A stretch of 64,000 nucleotides of DNA from positions 256,001 through 320,000 of the forward strand of contig CAWJYV010000008.1 of assembly GCA_963847185.1 (NCBI GenBank), in the 5' to 3' direction. The notes under the pieces are model-generated. The model saw only the letters and a list, made by a program, of their open reading frames with translations. It was not told where the DNA came from and did not search any database. This DNA is from an uncultured Methanosarcinaceae archaeon (lineage in GTDB: Archaea; Halobacteriota; Methanosarcinia; Methanosarcinales; Methanosarcinaceae). Below, piece after piece: positions 10,300-19,871 of this stretch; position 1 is the first letter of the stretch, and every line of letters starts with the position of its first letter. The position numbers were made by a program, and so were the translations under genes.

Positions 10300-10463
10300 T
10301 TAGATTTAAAACTTTCTAGAAAAATAGTCCTCATTTTTCAGGCCTACTTTTTCTTTCTGTGGAGCGATAATTAAATATATATCTTATGCCGCTATTATGG
10401 ATACCTCACCTGAAATGTAGATTCAGCAGACTGTTGCATCGTGCATTTCTCTGAAAATCTCAT

Positions 10464-10538
10464 GGGCGCGTGGCCTAGCCCGGATATGGCGGCAGCCTCC
10501 TAAGCTGTAAATCGGGGGTTCAAATCCCTTCGCGCCCG
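10464..10538 (+). tRNA. tRNA-Arg(CCU)
   Basis: Acceptor GGGCGCG/CGCGCCC, anticodon arm GCAGC-CT CCT AA-GCTGT, T loop TTCAAAT. Confidence 0.96.
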
Positions 10539-10792
10539 CTAATTTCTTTCTATTTGGTTTACTTATTTTTTCCGGATACGAATTCTTTTTACGCTTTGAA
10601 TCTCTGAAAAATTCTTCAGAAGTCTTAGAAGAATCAGGTTTTTCTCTAATTATGGATATATATTTCTAAACATGGGAAAATTTCTTATTAAGAAAGAGGA
10701 TAATCTCTTAGCTGAACTTATTAAAGTTTATAAAATATATCCCTGAACGATACAGTCTATTAGAAAATGTACTACCTCAGAGGAAATAGAAA

Positions 10793-11248
10793 TTGATCAG
10801 GAAAGCCAGGGTAAATGATGTTGTTGTAATGAAGCAGATTATAAGTAATTATTCCAAGGATGAGCTCATGCTTGCCCGTTCCCTGAGTGAGATGTATGAG
10901 AACATCAGGGATTACTACGTCTGCGAGATTGATGGAGAGATTGTGGGTTGCTGTGCTTTGCATATTGTCTGGGAGGACCTTGCAGAGATACTTGCTCTTG
11001 CTGTTAAACATGACTGCTCAAGAAAAGGAGTAGGTACAAAGCTTGTCTCTGCCTGTCTTGAGGAAGCTGAAGACCTCGGCATGAAGGATGTCTTTGCTCT
11101 TACTTATGTGCCTGATTTTTTCAAAACTCTAGGCTTTAACATCGTGGACAAAAACACCCTGCCCAGGAAAATCTGGTCTGGCTGCGTGAGATGCCCCAAG
11201 TTTCCGGACTGCAATGAAATTGCTGTCGTAAAATCGATTAATTCCTGA
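10793..11248 (+). CDS. GNAT N-acetyltransferase, short ArgA-like (amino-acid N-acetyltransferase)
   Basis: MLARSLSEMYENIRDY, LAEILALAV, RKGVG acetyl-CoA loop, FFKTLGF, LPRKIWSGCVRCPKFPDCNE. Confidence 0.85.
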   Translation: MIRKARVNDVVVMKQIISNYSKDELMLARSLSEMYENIRDYYVCEIDGEIVGCCALHIVWEDLAEILALAVKHDCSRKGVGTKLVSACLEEAEDLGMKDVFALTYVPDFFKTLGFNIVDKNTLPRKIWSGCVRCPKFPDCNEIAVVKSINS

Positions 11249-11333
11249 GTTGCTACAGGATTTTTCTTTTCTATTTTTCCTTATCCTCATAAGATAAAAA
11301 ACCAAAAAATATTTATTCAGGCAGTTATGTTTT

Positions 11334-11347
11334 TTAGGTTGTCCTAA
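11334..11347. promoter_or_regulatory. DtxR/MntR-type palindromic operator
   Basis: TTAGG-TTGT-CCTAA downstream of a TATA-like ATTTATT and upstream of the dtxR-feoB operon. Confidence 0.7.
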
Positions 11348-11389
11348 TTCTTTGGTCTGAATTGGAGCCTGTGTTGGCGGGAGTTGTTA

Positions 11390-12067
11390 ATGCATACGGA
11401 TCGATTTGAAGAGTATCTTGAAACTATTCTTTACCTTATCAGGAAGAACCAGGGCCCTGCAAAAACAAAACAGATATCAGAAGAACTTAATGTCTCTCCT
11501 CCGAGTGTGACTGAAATGGTAAAAAAATTAAATTCTTCTGGACTTGTGGAGTATACCCCTTACCAGGGTGTTGAATTGACAGAAAAGGGGACTGAGCAAG
11601 CTATCAAGATCAAAAGAAAACACCAGGTGCTTGAAACTTTTCTGGTTGATATCCTTGATTTTGATAGAAAGGAAGCTCACAAAGAAGCTTGCGAACTTGA
11701 ACATGCAGTATCTGATGCTGTACTTGAAAAAATTTATGAATTTTTGGGATGCCCCGAATATTGCCCTGACGGGCACCCTATTAACATAGATAAAAGCAAC
11801 ATTAAGCGGGAGGAAGGATTTCTTCCTCTTGATGAAATGGAAGAGGGAGCTTCTGGCAAAATTGCCAGAGTAACTCTTCCCAGAGAAACGAAAGAGCGTT
11901 TGAATTCTCTTGGTATTCTTACAGGAGAAGATATTGAAATCAAACGCAAGCAAAAGCAAGGATGTATCTCGGTTATGGCCATGGGGTCTGAAATTGCTCT
12001 CGGAAGGGATATTGCGAAGAAAATTTTTATAATTCCCAAAAACAAAAGAGTGCAGAATCAGGACTGA
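11390..12067 (+). CDS. DtxR/MntR-family metal-dependent repressor with C-terminal FeoA/SH3-like domain
   Basis: EEYLETI, VSPPSVTEMV HTH, RKHQVLETFL, EACELEH, CPDGHPI; FeoA-like LNSLGILTGEDI...IALGRDIA. Confidence 0.92.
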   Translation: MHTDRFEEYLETILYLIRKNQGPAKTKQISEELNVSPPSVTEMVKKLNSSGLVEYTPYQGVELTEKGTEQAIKIKRKHQVLETFLVDILDFDRKEAHKEACELEHAVSDAVLEKIYEFLGCPEYCPDGHPINIDKSNIKREEGFLPLDEMEEGASGKIARVTLPRETKERLNSLGILTGEDIEIKRKQKQGCISVMAMGSEIALGRDIAKKIFIIPKNKRVQNQD

Positions 12068-12103
12068 AGTAATTAACCGGTGTGAAGCAAGATTATTGGA
12101 GAA

Positions 12104-14083
12104 GTGATAGGAATTTCCAGCTCATGCTGTACTTCTGACAATGAAAGTAAAGATAAAACTCCTTATAATTTGACAATTGCCTTCATAGGCAACCCAAGTG
12201 TTGGTAAAAGTGTTTTTTTCAGTAGGCTTACAGGAGTAGGGGTCGAAGTTTCAAATTACCCTGGCACGACAGTTGCACTTAAAAGAGGAACTGTAAAGGC
12301 CCGGGGTAAAACTATTGAGATAGTTGACCTGCCTGGAATTTATTCTCTTGGGATTACAAACGAAGATGAGAGGGTAACAAAGAAATTTCTCATAGAGGAT
12401 AAACCGGATATTATAGTCAATGTCCTGGACGCCAGCAGGCTTGAGAGAAATCTCTATCTTACCTTGCAGCTTCTTGAACTTGATATTCCTATGGTTATTG
12501 CCCTAAACCAGGTAGATCTGGCTGCAGATCTTGGAATTCTAGTTGATTCTAATACTCTCTCGGAACTTCTTGGCTTGCCTGTTGTGCCAACTGTTGCAAC
12601 CTGGGGAATAGGACTCGATGAAGTCATGCTCGTAGCTCTCGAAGAGCAGGGAAAAGTTCAGAAACATCATAGAGTAGGGTACAGTAACTGGATCCGACAG
12701 GCTCTGTCTACACTTGATTATTCCTTCCCTCACATTTCTCCAAGCGTAAAGATTGCAGCACTTCTTAATGATGCCGAATTTGTGGAACTCTGCTGTATGC
12801 CTCCTGAAGCTAATTCTCTTCTGGCTTCTGCAAGGCGGTTGAGGCAGAACCTTGAGATGGAACATGGAATTTCGGTGCCGGATACGGTTGCAAGAGATCT
12901 GTATGGAGAAGCTGGATATATAGTTGACAGTGTGGTTTCAAGGTTCGAACCCAAAAAAAGCATAAAAACAAAGATCGATTCAATACTTACCTCTCCCAAT
13001 TTCGGGATTCTTGTGCTTATATCTGCTCTACTCCTTACTTTTCTTCTTGTCTTCAGGGTAGGAGGTTTCCTTGAGACCTGGATCGTAAATGAGATTTTTG
13101 AACCCTATGTGATTCTTCCTGTGGATAGTATGCTTTCTAACGCGTCGCCTATCCTGAGAAACCTCATTCTATACACTCTGAGGGGTATAGAAGCCGGATT
13201 TGCAATTGCAATTCCTTATATCGCAGTCTTTTACGCTATTCTTTCTATATTCGAAGATTCCGGATATCTAACAAGGGCGGCATTTCTTCTGGACAATTTC
13301 ACTCATAAACTAGGGCTGCACGGGAGAGCTGTGATTCCGCTTGTTCTGGGTTTTGGCTGTAATGTCCCTGCAATCATGGCAGTTCATTCTCTTGGCACGC
13401 GGCGGGAAAAGAGGATAGCTTCTGTCCTGATCTCTCTAATTCCCTGTTCTGCAAGAACAGTTATTATTCTGGGGCTTGTTGGAACCTTTGTAGGCTTCTG
13501 GCCTGCGGTTTCAATATATGTTATGGAAGTTATCATCATCGTTGCCCTTGGATGGATTCTAGGGAAAACCCTGCCGGGACAAAGAAGCGGCTTCATAATG
13601 GAAATGACTCCTCTCCGAAAACCGGAACTGAAATCTACTCTCAGAAAAACCTGGATGAAGAGCCGGGAGTTTCTCTTTATCGCTTTTCCGCTGCTGCTCC
13701 TTGGAAGCGCGTTTCTTGGAGTTGCTGATGCTCTCGGCCTTCTTTCACTTTTCCAGAACTTTGTAGAACCTATATCTGTAGGTCTGCTGGGGCTTCCTGC
13801 ATTTGCTGCGACAGCTCTTGTATTCGGGATCCTTAGAAAAGAAATGGCTCTCCAGATCCTGGCCGTACTTGCAGGTACAGCTAACTTTGCAGCTGTAATG
13901 ACGCCCGTTCAGATGTACCAGTTTGCTGTCATCACGACGATTTATATCCCGTGTGTCGCAACTATTGCAGTACTTAAACATGAGCTTGGCCTAAAAGATA
14001 CGGTCTCTATAGCCCTTTTCACTATATTTCTGGCTCTTGGAGCAGGTATTCTGATTAGGATTTTCGGGCCCTCTTTTCTGTAA
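12104..14083 (+). CDS. feoB: Ferrous iron transporter FeoB
   Basis: GNPSVGKS, NYPGTTV, DLPGIYS, EDSGYL, GFGCNVPA, IPCSAR, YIPCVAT. Confidence 0.96.
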   Translation: MIGISSSCCTSDNESKDKTPYNLTIAFIGNPSVGKSVFFSRLTGVGVEVSNYPGTTVALKRGTVKARGKTIEIVDLPGIYSLGITNEDERVTKKFLIEDKPDIIVNVLDASRLERNLYLTLQLLELDIPMVIALNQVDLAADLGILVDSNTLSELLGLPVVPTVATWGIGLDEVMLVALEEQGKVQKHHRVGYSNWIRQALSTLDYSFPHISPSVKIAALLNDAEFVELCCMPPEANSLLASARRLRQNLEMEHGISVPDTVARDLYGEAGYIVDSVVSRFEPKKSIKTKIDSILTSPNFGILVLISALLLTFLLVFRVGGFLETWIVNEIFEPYVILPVDSMLSNASPILRNLILYTLRGIEAGFAIAIPYIAVFYAILSIFEDSGYLTRAAFLLDNFTHKLGLHGRAVIPLVLGFGCNVPAIMAVHSLGTRREKRIASVLISLIPCSARTVIILGLVGTFVGFWPAVSIYVMEVIIIVALGWILGKTLPGQRSGFIMEMTPLRKPELKSTLRKTWMKSREFLFIAFPLLLLGSAFLGVADALGLLSLFQNFVEPISVGLLGLPAFAATALVFGILRKEMALQILAVLAGTANFAAVMTPVQMYQFAVITTIYIPCVATIAVLKHELGLKDTVSIALFTIFLALGAGILIRIFGPSFL

Positions 14084-14306
14084 CCTTCTTTTTGTATCTT
14101 AAAAAACCTTTTTTTAATTTATTGAGAAGTGTTTTTAGTATTGGAAAATAGCTTTTTTCTTATTGACGTTTCATTTTTCATTATGGGAGACAAGATCATA
14201 TAGGCCTAGCACAATATTTATATATTAACAATGTTGTTCACATCTTTCTGAATTGTTTTTCTGATGCCGCAAATTATTAATACTTGGCATATCGTGTTTA
14301 TCTCCG

Positions 14307-14546
14307 ATGACCCGAATTACCAATCACGTACACAAAAACGTGTTGAGTGTTATCATGGATATTTTCGAAATGGATCATTTCCGCGAGCCTGAGATTGAAG
14401 AGGTTCAATTTTTCCTTGAAAACGCTGGAACTCATGGTTCCATTGTTAATGAAACCGCTGTGGAAATGGATTGTACACCCTCCAAAATCCAATCTCGGGA
14501 GACTGTATTAGTCGATTTCGATGAGTCCCTCTCATCCATAAAGTAA
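14307..14546 (+). CDS. Small acidic hypothetical protein (start uncertain)
   Basis: 79-codon ORF of normal GC content in AT-rich surroundings, preceded by TTTATATA at ~14217; no recognisable motif. Confidence 0.35.
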   Translation: MTRITNHVHKNVLSVIMDIFEMDHFREPEIEEVQFFLENAGTHGSIVNETAVEMDCTPSKIQSRETVLVDFDESLSSIK

Positions 14547-14712
14547 CACTTCCCCCTGACAATTTGGCTCCCTTGCTGAAATCCAACTCTTTAACTAATT
14601 CTATTTTCAAGTTATATTGGGTTTCATTCCCTTATTTTGAATTACAAAGTTTTTATTCTTATCTGTTTTGTAATAAACGTATTACTGCATCCCCGAATAG
14701 AATGAATCTGAT

Positions 14713-14761
14713 CCTTCTACTCTATTAAATATTATTTGACCCTTCTACTCTATTAAATATT
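14713..14761. repeat. 21-bp direct repeat, 28-bp period
   Basis: CCTTCTACTCTATTAAATATT at 14713-14733 and 14741-14761. Confidence 0.9.
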
Positions 14762-15294
14762 TTACCTATTTTGCATAAAATATATAAAATTTTTATATCA
14801 GATATTTTTTTCTTCTCTAAAATTCTCTTTTTCCTCAGTTTGTCCTTTAATTTTGGGGGCGGATACAGTCATTTTAGAGTAAATATTTTCTTTTCAACCA
14901 GGTTAATCCTCTACGTAAATTTTTCTGAATTTCAGCTTGCCTTATTCAAGATCTTTTGAGCCCGTTGAATTTCTTTTTCCGTTTTTCGACTCTTTAGCAA
15001 CCTTGCTTTAATAAATTTCACGACATAGGCTTCTTTCTGTCCTGAGGCTGTAAAAATAGCTTTCTCAGGAAGGTTTATAATGTGCTTCTTATTATAATTT
15101 AATTAAAAGTTATTGAAGTAAGGAAAAATACTATCGATTACCATATATATATAAAGTAAGATTACATCTACTTTGTACATATTATTTAAAATTGTCTTAA
15201 TAAGCCAATTTAATTACAATTGTTCTGATGTGCCTTACTGCTAGAGAAGCTGTAAGAGATCAGAAAATCGGGACCCAATTTATAGAGGTATTAT

Positions 15295-16290
15295 ATGAGA
15301 ACTGGACAGAGAGACGTGCACAATACGCCGCTTAAAAGGCGCCTATCAATAAGCTACGAGGAGCTCGAGACTCTCAAGAAATCGATTAAAGTTTCGGTTC
15401 TCAATGAACTGCGGGCCGAAATGGAAAACGTTTCTGACGATGAATCCTTAAAGGACACCATTCTTTCTGAAATCAAGGCTGAGCTGCCGGAAATTCCTGA
15501 TCCTGCTTCACTCAAAGCTTCAATTCTTAACGAATTGAAAGTGGAATTGAACACTTCCAGAGAAAATGAGTCTGGAGGGGCTGATAGGCGGCTTAAGGAA
15601 CTTGCCGGGGTTCAGGATGGGCTCGTCCGGGAATTACTTGATCAAAAAACTCTTATTAAAAAACTGGAAACGGAGCTTACAAATCTCACTAAAAAACTGG
15701 AAGATATCAAAAGCCCTCTTCCTGCCTCTTCTCCTTCCATTCATTTCACTCTCCCTGAAGACCCTCTGGACCTTCCTCCTCTTTCCAGAAAGCCGAATTA
15801 TAAGTCTGAACTCAGAAACGAAAATTCTTCAGGACACAGACTGACTGAATTCAGGGAAGCTCCTGCTCCCCTCCCAGGCACCAATGCAAAAGTTCAATTG
15901 AGAATTAAAGAAATTGAGCCTAAAGAGCTTGATAAAGAAGAGAAAGTTGAAACCAAATGTGAGTATATTATTGCCGAGAGTGGAGATCACAGACGGTTCA
16001 AAGGCAATATGAGGCAGCAGTCATCTATGAAAGCTGAGCCTGTAAAACAACCGCCTCTAAGACAATCTGCTCCTTTGAGACCGCCGTCTTTCAAGCAGAC
16101 TCCTCCTTTGAGAAAGTCTGCTCCTGTAGAGGCAGATTGTACAAGAGTCCCACCTGCAGATGATTATAAGTGTGAGTATATAATCGCTGAAAAGACTCAT
16201 AAAAAAAATATAATTGAAGAGTCCGTGGTTGTGCGGGATACTGATGATGCGGAAATAATTACCTGCAGCCGGAAAATTCTCGGGGCGTAA
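15295..16290 (+). CDS. Uncharacterised coiled-coil/low-complexity protein, first gene of the smc cluster
   Basis: GAGGT SD; three helical repeats (xLKxxILxExKxEL-like), coiled coil, Pro-rich linker, two KCEYIIAE motifs; 53 bp before smc. Confidence 0.85.
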   Translation: MRTGQRDVHNTPLKRRLSISYEELETLKKSIKVSVLNELRAEMENVSDDESLKDTILSEIKAELPEIPDPASLKASILNELKVELNTSRENESGGADRRLKELAGVQDGLVRELLDQKTLIKKLETELTNLTKKLEDIKSPLPASSPSIHFTLPEDPLDLPPLSRKPNYKSELRNENSSGHRLTEFREAPAPLPGTNAKVQLRIKEIEPKELDKEEKVETKCEYIIAESGDHRRFKGNMRQQSSMKAEPVKQPPLRQSAPLRPPSFKQTPPLRKSAPVEADCTRVPPADDYKCEYIIAEKTHKKNIIEESVVVRDTDDAEIITCSRKILGA

Positions 16291-16343
16291 GAGGCTTAAA
16301 AAACAGAAAAACCCTCAAAAACGCGAAATTACAGAGGCATTCT

Positions 16344-19300
16344 GTGTACATAAAAGAGATTGAGTTCGTTAATTTCAAATCCTTCGGAAAAAAAGTGAAG
16401 ATCCCCTTTTATAACGACTTTACCACTATTTCCGGCCCTAATGGGAGTGGAAAGTCAAACATCATAGACGGGATTCTCTTTGCGCTCGGGCTTACAGGCT
16501 CCAGGACTCTTCGGGCTGAGAAACTTACAGACCTGATTTACAACGGTGATGAGGCAAAAAAGCCCGATTTTGCCCAGGTTACTATTCGTTTCGACAATTC
16601 CGATCGCAAGTTACCTCTTGAGCTTGATGAAGTCGAGGTTTCAAGAAAGATCAGGCGGACAAAAAGCGGGTACTACAGCTATTTTTACTTTAACGGGAAA
16701 TCCGTAAATCTCGGAGAAATACATTCCCAGCTCTCAAAAGCCGGAGTGACGCCTGAAGGTTACAATGTGGTAATGCAGGGAGACGTTACTCAGATAATCT
16801 CCATGACTCCCGTGGAAAGGCGAAAGATTATTGACGAAATCGCAGGGGTTGCAGAATTTGACGAGCGCAAGCAAAAGGCTCTCGGAGAACTCGAGATCGT
16901 CAGACAGCAAATCGAGCGCGTGGATATAATCCTTGAAGAGGTAAGGCTCCAGCTTGAAAAACTTTCAGGAGAACGCGACCAGGCCCTGAAATATCAGGCA
17001 CTTAAAGCTGAAAAAATCAAATTTGAAGGCTATGTCCTGCTTTCTAAACTCAAAGACGCAAAGGCAGAGCTGCAGAATGTTGATAAGGAGCTCGTTGGAA
17101 AAGAAGAGCATCTTGAGAAAGTTCAGGTTCTTCTGGACGAAAGGATGCAGGAGCTTCAGGTCCTTGAAGACACGCTGGAAAAGCTTTCTCTTGAAATCCG
17201 GAAAAAAGGAGAAGACGAACAGCTCCAGGTCAAGAGAGAAATCGAAGAGACTAAGGGAGAGATCTCTCGCTGTGTGGATAGTATCGAGCTTTCGGAATCC
17301 GAACTTGAAGAGGCTGATTCGCGGCGCAGGAAAGCCTTTTTAGAAATTGATTCCACAAAGGGTAAAATAAGGGACCTTGAGGAAAAAATAGATTCAGAGA
17401 ACCTGAGAAAGGACAGTTTATCTTCAGAGCTTTCCGAGCGCAAAACAGAACGAATGTTGCTCCAGAGCAGGATTGCAGATGTAGATGCTAAATTTGCAGC
17501 GACAAGAGATGAGCTCATGGCTGCCAAAAAGAGACTTGAGGATATCAAGGACGAGAAAAACGAGCTCATCCGAACAGAAAATAGGCTTCTCGATACTCTC
17601 AGGAGAAAGTCTTCCGAACTCAGGGACATCGAAAACCAGATAAAGGATGCACAGGCGGCAGTTGCTAGCTCTGATAGCGATACTCTTTCCGTCCAGTATG
17701 AGATTGAAAAACTTTCCGAAAACATGGAATCCCTTATTCGGGACCGGGACGATATTGAAAGCAGTCATTTCAGGATCAAGGAAGATGTCAAGAAACTTGA
17801 AAGCAAGCTCCTTAAGCTCCAGCAGGAGTATGCAATCGCTGAAGCCAGAGTCAGGGCCTCTGAGCATGGAGGAAGCTATTCCAAAGCAGTGGATATGGTG
17901 ATCGGGGCTGCGCGGCAGGAAGACCTCTTCGGAATTCACGGGACTATTGCCCAGCTTGGAAAAGTGGACCAACAATATTCAACGGCTCTGGAAATTGCTG
18001 CAGGAAATCGAATGCAGGCAGTTGTTGTAGATACTGACGCCGATGCTGCCGAAGCTATCGAATATCTGAAGCGTAGAAAAGGCGGGAGAGCAACATTTCT
18101 TCCCCTCAACAAAATGAAGGACTCAAGGCGGCTTGACAATCTAAGTTATGAGAATGGAGTAATAGGATACGCAATTGATCTTATAGAATTTGATCCTGAC
18201 TTCGAGCCTGCTTTCTGGTATGTCTTTCAGGATACTCTTGTAATGGAAAACCTTGCAAGTGCCCGCCGTCTTATGGGAAAAGCAAGGATGGTAACTCTTG
18301 AAGGTGAGCTCCTGGAAAAAAGCGGGGCAATGGTAGGAGGGTCCGTCTCTTCCAAATCCGGAATTTCTTTTACGGCTTCGGAAAAGGATAAACTCATCGA
18401 GCTCGCTGACGAAATAAAGTCTTTAGATGCAAGCCGGAATGCGGTTATAACTAAACAGGACAGCATTGAAAGCCACGTTTTCGAATTGAGCCGGAAAATT
18501 CGGGATTGTGAAGCCACAATTTCACGGAAGGAACATCAGCTTGAGGAGATTGCTGGCAGGGAAGCTAAACTTGCAGAACTTCTTGAAGCTAAGCAGGCAG
18601 ACTTCAAAGCTATTGAAGATTCAAGGACTGAACTCAGAGCTGAGATGGATAGAGTTCTTGTGGTAAAAGCTGAAAAAGAAAAAGCTGTGGCTGAACTTGA
18701 GGGCCAGGTTTCAGAACTTGAAGCAAAACTTGTCGATTCTCCGCTGCCTGAGTTCAATAAAAAGGTAGAGTTTGTTGATGAAGAAATCAGGAGACTCGAC
18801 AGCAGAATCAGGGATACTGAAGCCAGCCTGAATGCTCTGCAGCTTGAAAAAGAGTATGCAGAACAGAAAATTGCCGAGGCAAAGGAACTCATCAGGGACC
18901 TGGATGAAAAGAAAGCCTCAAGGCTGGAAAAAGTTAACTCTCTTAAGTCAAAAATCAGGGAACTTGAGGAAAATCTGGAGCAAAAGAAAAGCCGGGAACT
19001 TGAACTCTCCGATGAGCTTCTAGGTCTCCAGAAAGAAAGAGAGAGCGTTCAGGCTGAACACGGAGCTGTCAAGCGCAGGGTCAGCATTGCGACAACTACG
19101 CTTGAAAAAGCAAAACAACAGGTCCTTATGCTTATAGCGACAAAAAATGCGCTTCTTGAACAGGAAAAACAGTTCCGGGAAGAAGTCCGGAAAAGAGGTA
19201 TTGAGGAGACTGACGAGGTTCCGAATTACGAAACGGTCTATATGAGAATTCAGGCAATCGATGAAGCCCTCAGAAAGCTCGAGCCCGTTAATATGAGAGC

Positions 19301-19871
19301 AATTGACGAGTACAACGAGGTTGAACTCAGGTTTTCGGACCTGCAGAGAAAGCGTGATACTCTATTTACCGAAAGGGAACAACTCCTTGAACGCATCGGC
19401 CAGTATGAACAGCTGAAGAGAGATGCCTTTATGGAAGCTTATATACATATAAATGCTAATTTCAAGGATATTTTCCATGAGCTTTCTGACGGCATGGGTG
19501 AGCTTTTACTTGACAACCCTGAAGATCCCTTTGCAGGAGGAATGACTCTTCGGGCTCAGCCCAAAGAAAAGACTCTCCAGAGAATAGAAGCTATGTCAGG
19601 AGGGGAAAAAAGTCTCACAGCTCTAGCTTTCATTTTTGCTATCCAGCAGTACCGCCCTGCTCCCTTCTATGCCTTTGATGAGATTGACATGTTCCTGGAC
19701 GGCTGGAATGTTGAAAGGGTTTCAAGAAGGGTAAAATTCTCAGGGTCAAAAGTTCAGTTTATAGTTGTTTCCTTAAGAAAACCCATGATTCAGGCTGCAA
19801 GCAGGACAATAGGGGTTACAATGCAGGAAAATAACATAACTAGCATCACCGGGGTGAGGCTTAATGGCTGA
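16344..19871 (+). CDS. smc: Chromosome segregation protein SMC
   Basis: NFKSF, Walker A GPNGSGKS, hinge GRATFLPL, signature MSGGE, Walker B AFDEID, long coiled coils. Confidence 0.98.
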   Translation: MYIKEIEFVNFKSFGKKVKIPFYNDFTTISGPNGSGKSNIIDGILFALGLTGSRTLRAEKLTDLIYNGDEAKKPDFAQVTIRFDNSDRKLPLELDEVEVSRKIRRTKSGYYSYFYFNGKSVNLGEIHSQLSKAGVTPEGYNVVMQGDVTQIISMTPVERRKIIDEIAGVAEFDERKQKALGELEIVRQQIERVDIILEEVRLQLEKLSGERDQALKYQALKAEKIKFEGYVLLSKLKDAKAELQNVDKELVGKEEHLEKVQVLLDERMQELQVLEDTLEKLSLEIRKKGEDEQLQVKREIEETKGEISRCVDSIELSESELEEADSRRRKAFLEIDSTKGKIRDLEEKIDSENLRKDSLSSELSERKTERMLLQSRIADVDAKFAATRDELMAAKKRLEDIKDEKNELIRTENRLLDTLRRKSSELRDIENQIKDAQAAVASSDSDTLSVQYEIEKLSENMESLIRDRDDIESSHFRIKEDVKKLESKLLKLQQEYAIAEARVRASEHGGSYSKAVDMVIGAARQEDLFGIHGTIAQLGKVDQQYSTALEIAAGNRMQAVVVDTDADAAEAIEYLKRRKGGRATFLPLNKMKDSRRLDNLSYENGVIGYAIDLIEFDPDFEPAFWYVFQDTLVMENLASARRLMGKARMVTLEGELLEKSGAMVGGSVSSKSGISFTASEKDKLIELADEIKSLDASRNAVITKQDSIESHVFELSRKIRDCEATISRKEHQLEEIAGREAKLAELLEAKQADFKAIEDSRTELRAEMDRVLVVKAEKEKAVAELEGQVSELEAKLVDSPLPEFNKKVEFVDEEIRRLDSRIRDTEASLNALQLEKEYAEQKIAEAKELIRDLDEKKASRLEKVNSLKSKIRELEENLEQKKSRELELSDELLGLQKERESVQAEHGAVKRRVSIATTTLEKAKQQVLMLIATKNALLEQEKQFREEVRKRGIEETDEVPNYETVYMRIQAIDEALRKLEPVNMRAIDEYNEVELRFSDLQRKRDTLFTEREQLLERIGQYEQLKRDAFMEAYIHINANFKDIFHELSDGMGELLLDNPEDPFAGGMTLRAQPKEKTLQRIEAMSGGEKSLTALAFIFAIQQYRPAPFYAFDEIDMFLDGWNVERVSRRVKFSGSKVQFIVVSLRKPMIQAASRTIGVTMQENNITSITGVRLNG

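Noticed and set aside
5021-10538. tRNA-bounded genomic island (both tRNAs share CGGGGGTTCAAATCCCTTCG)
   Set aside because: Both are complete tRNA-Arg isoacceptors, which explains the similarity; there is no integrase or partial att copy
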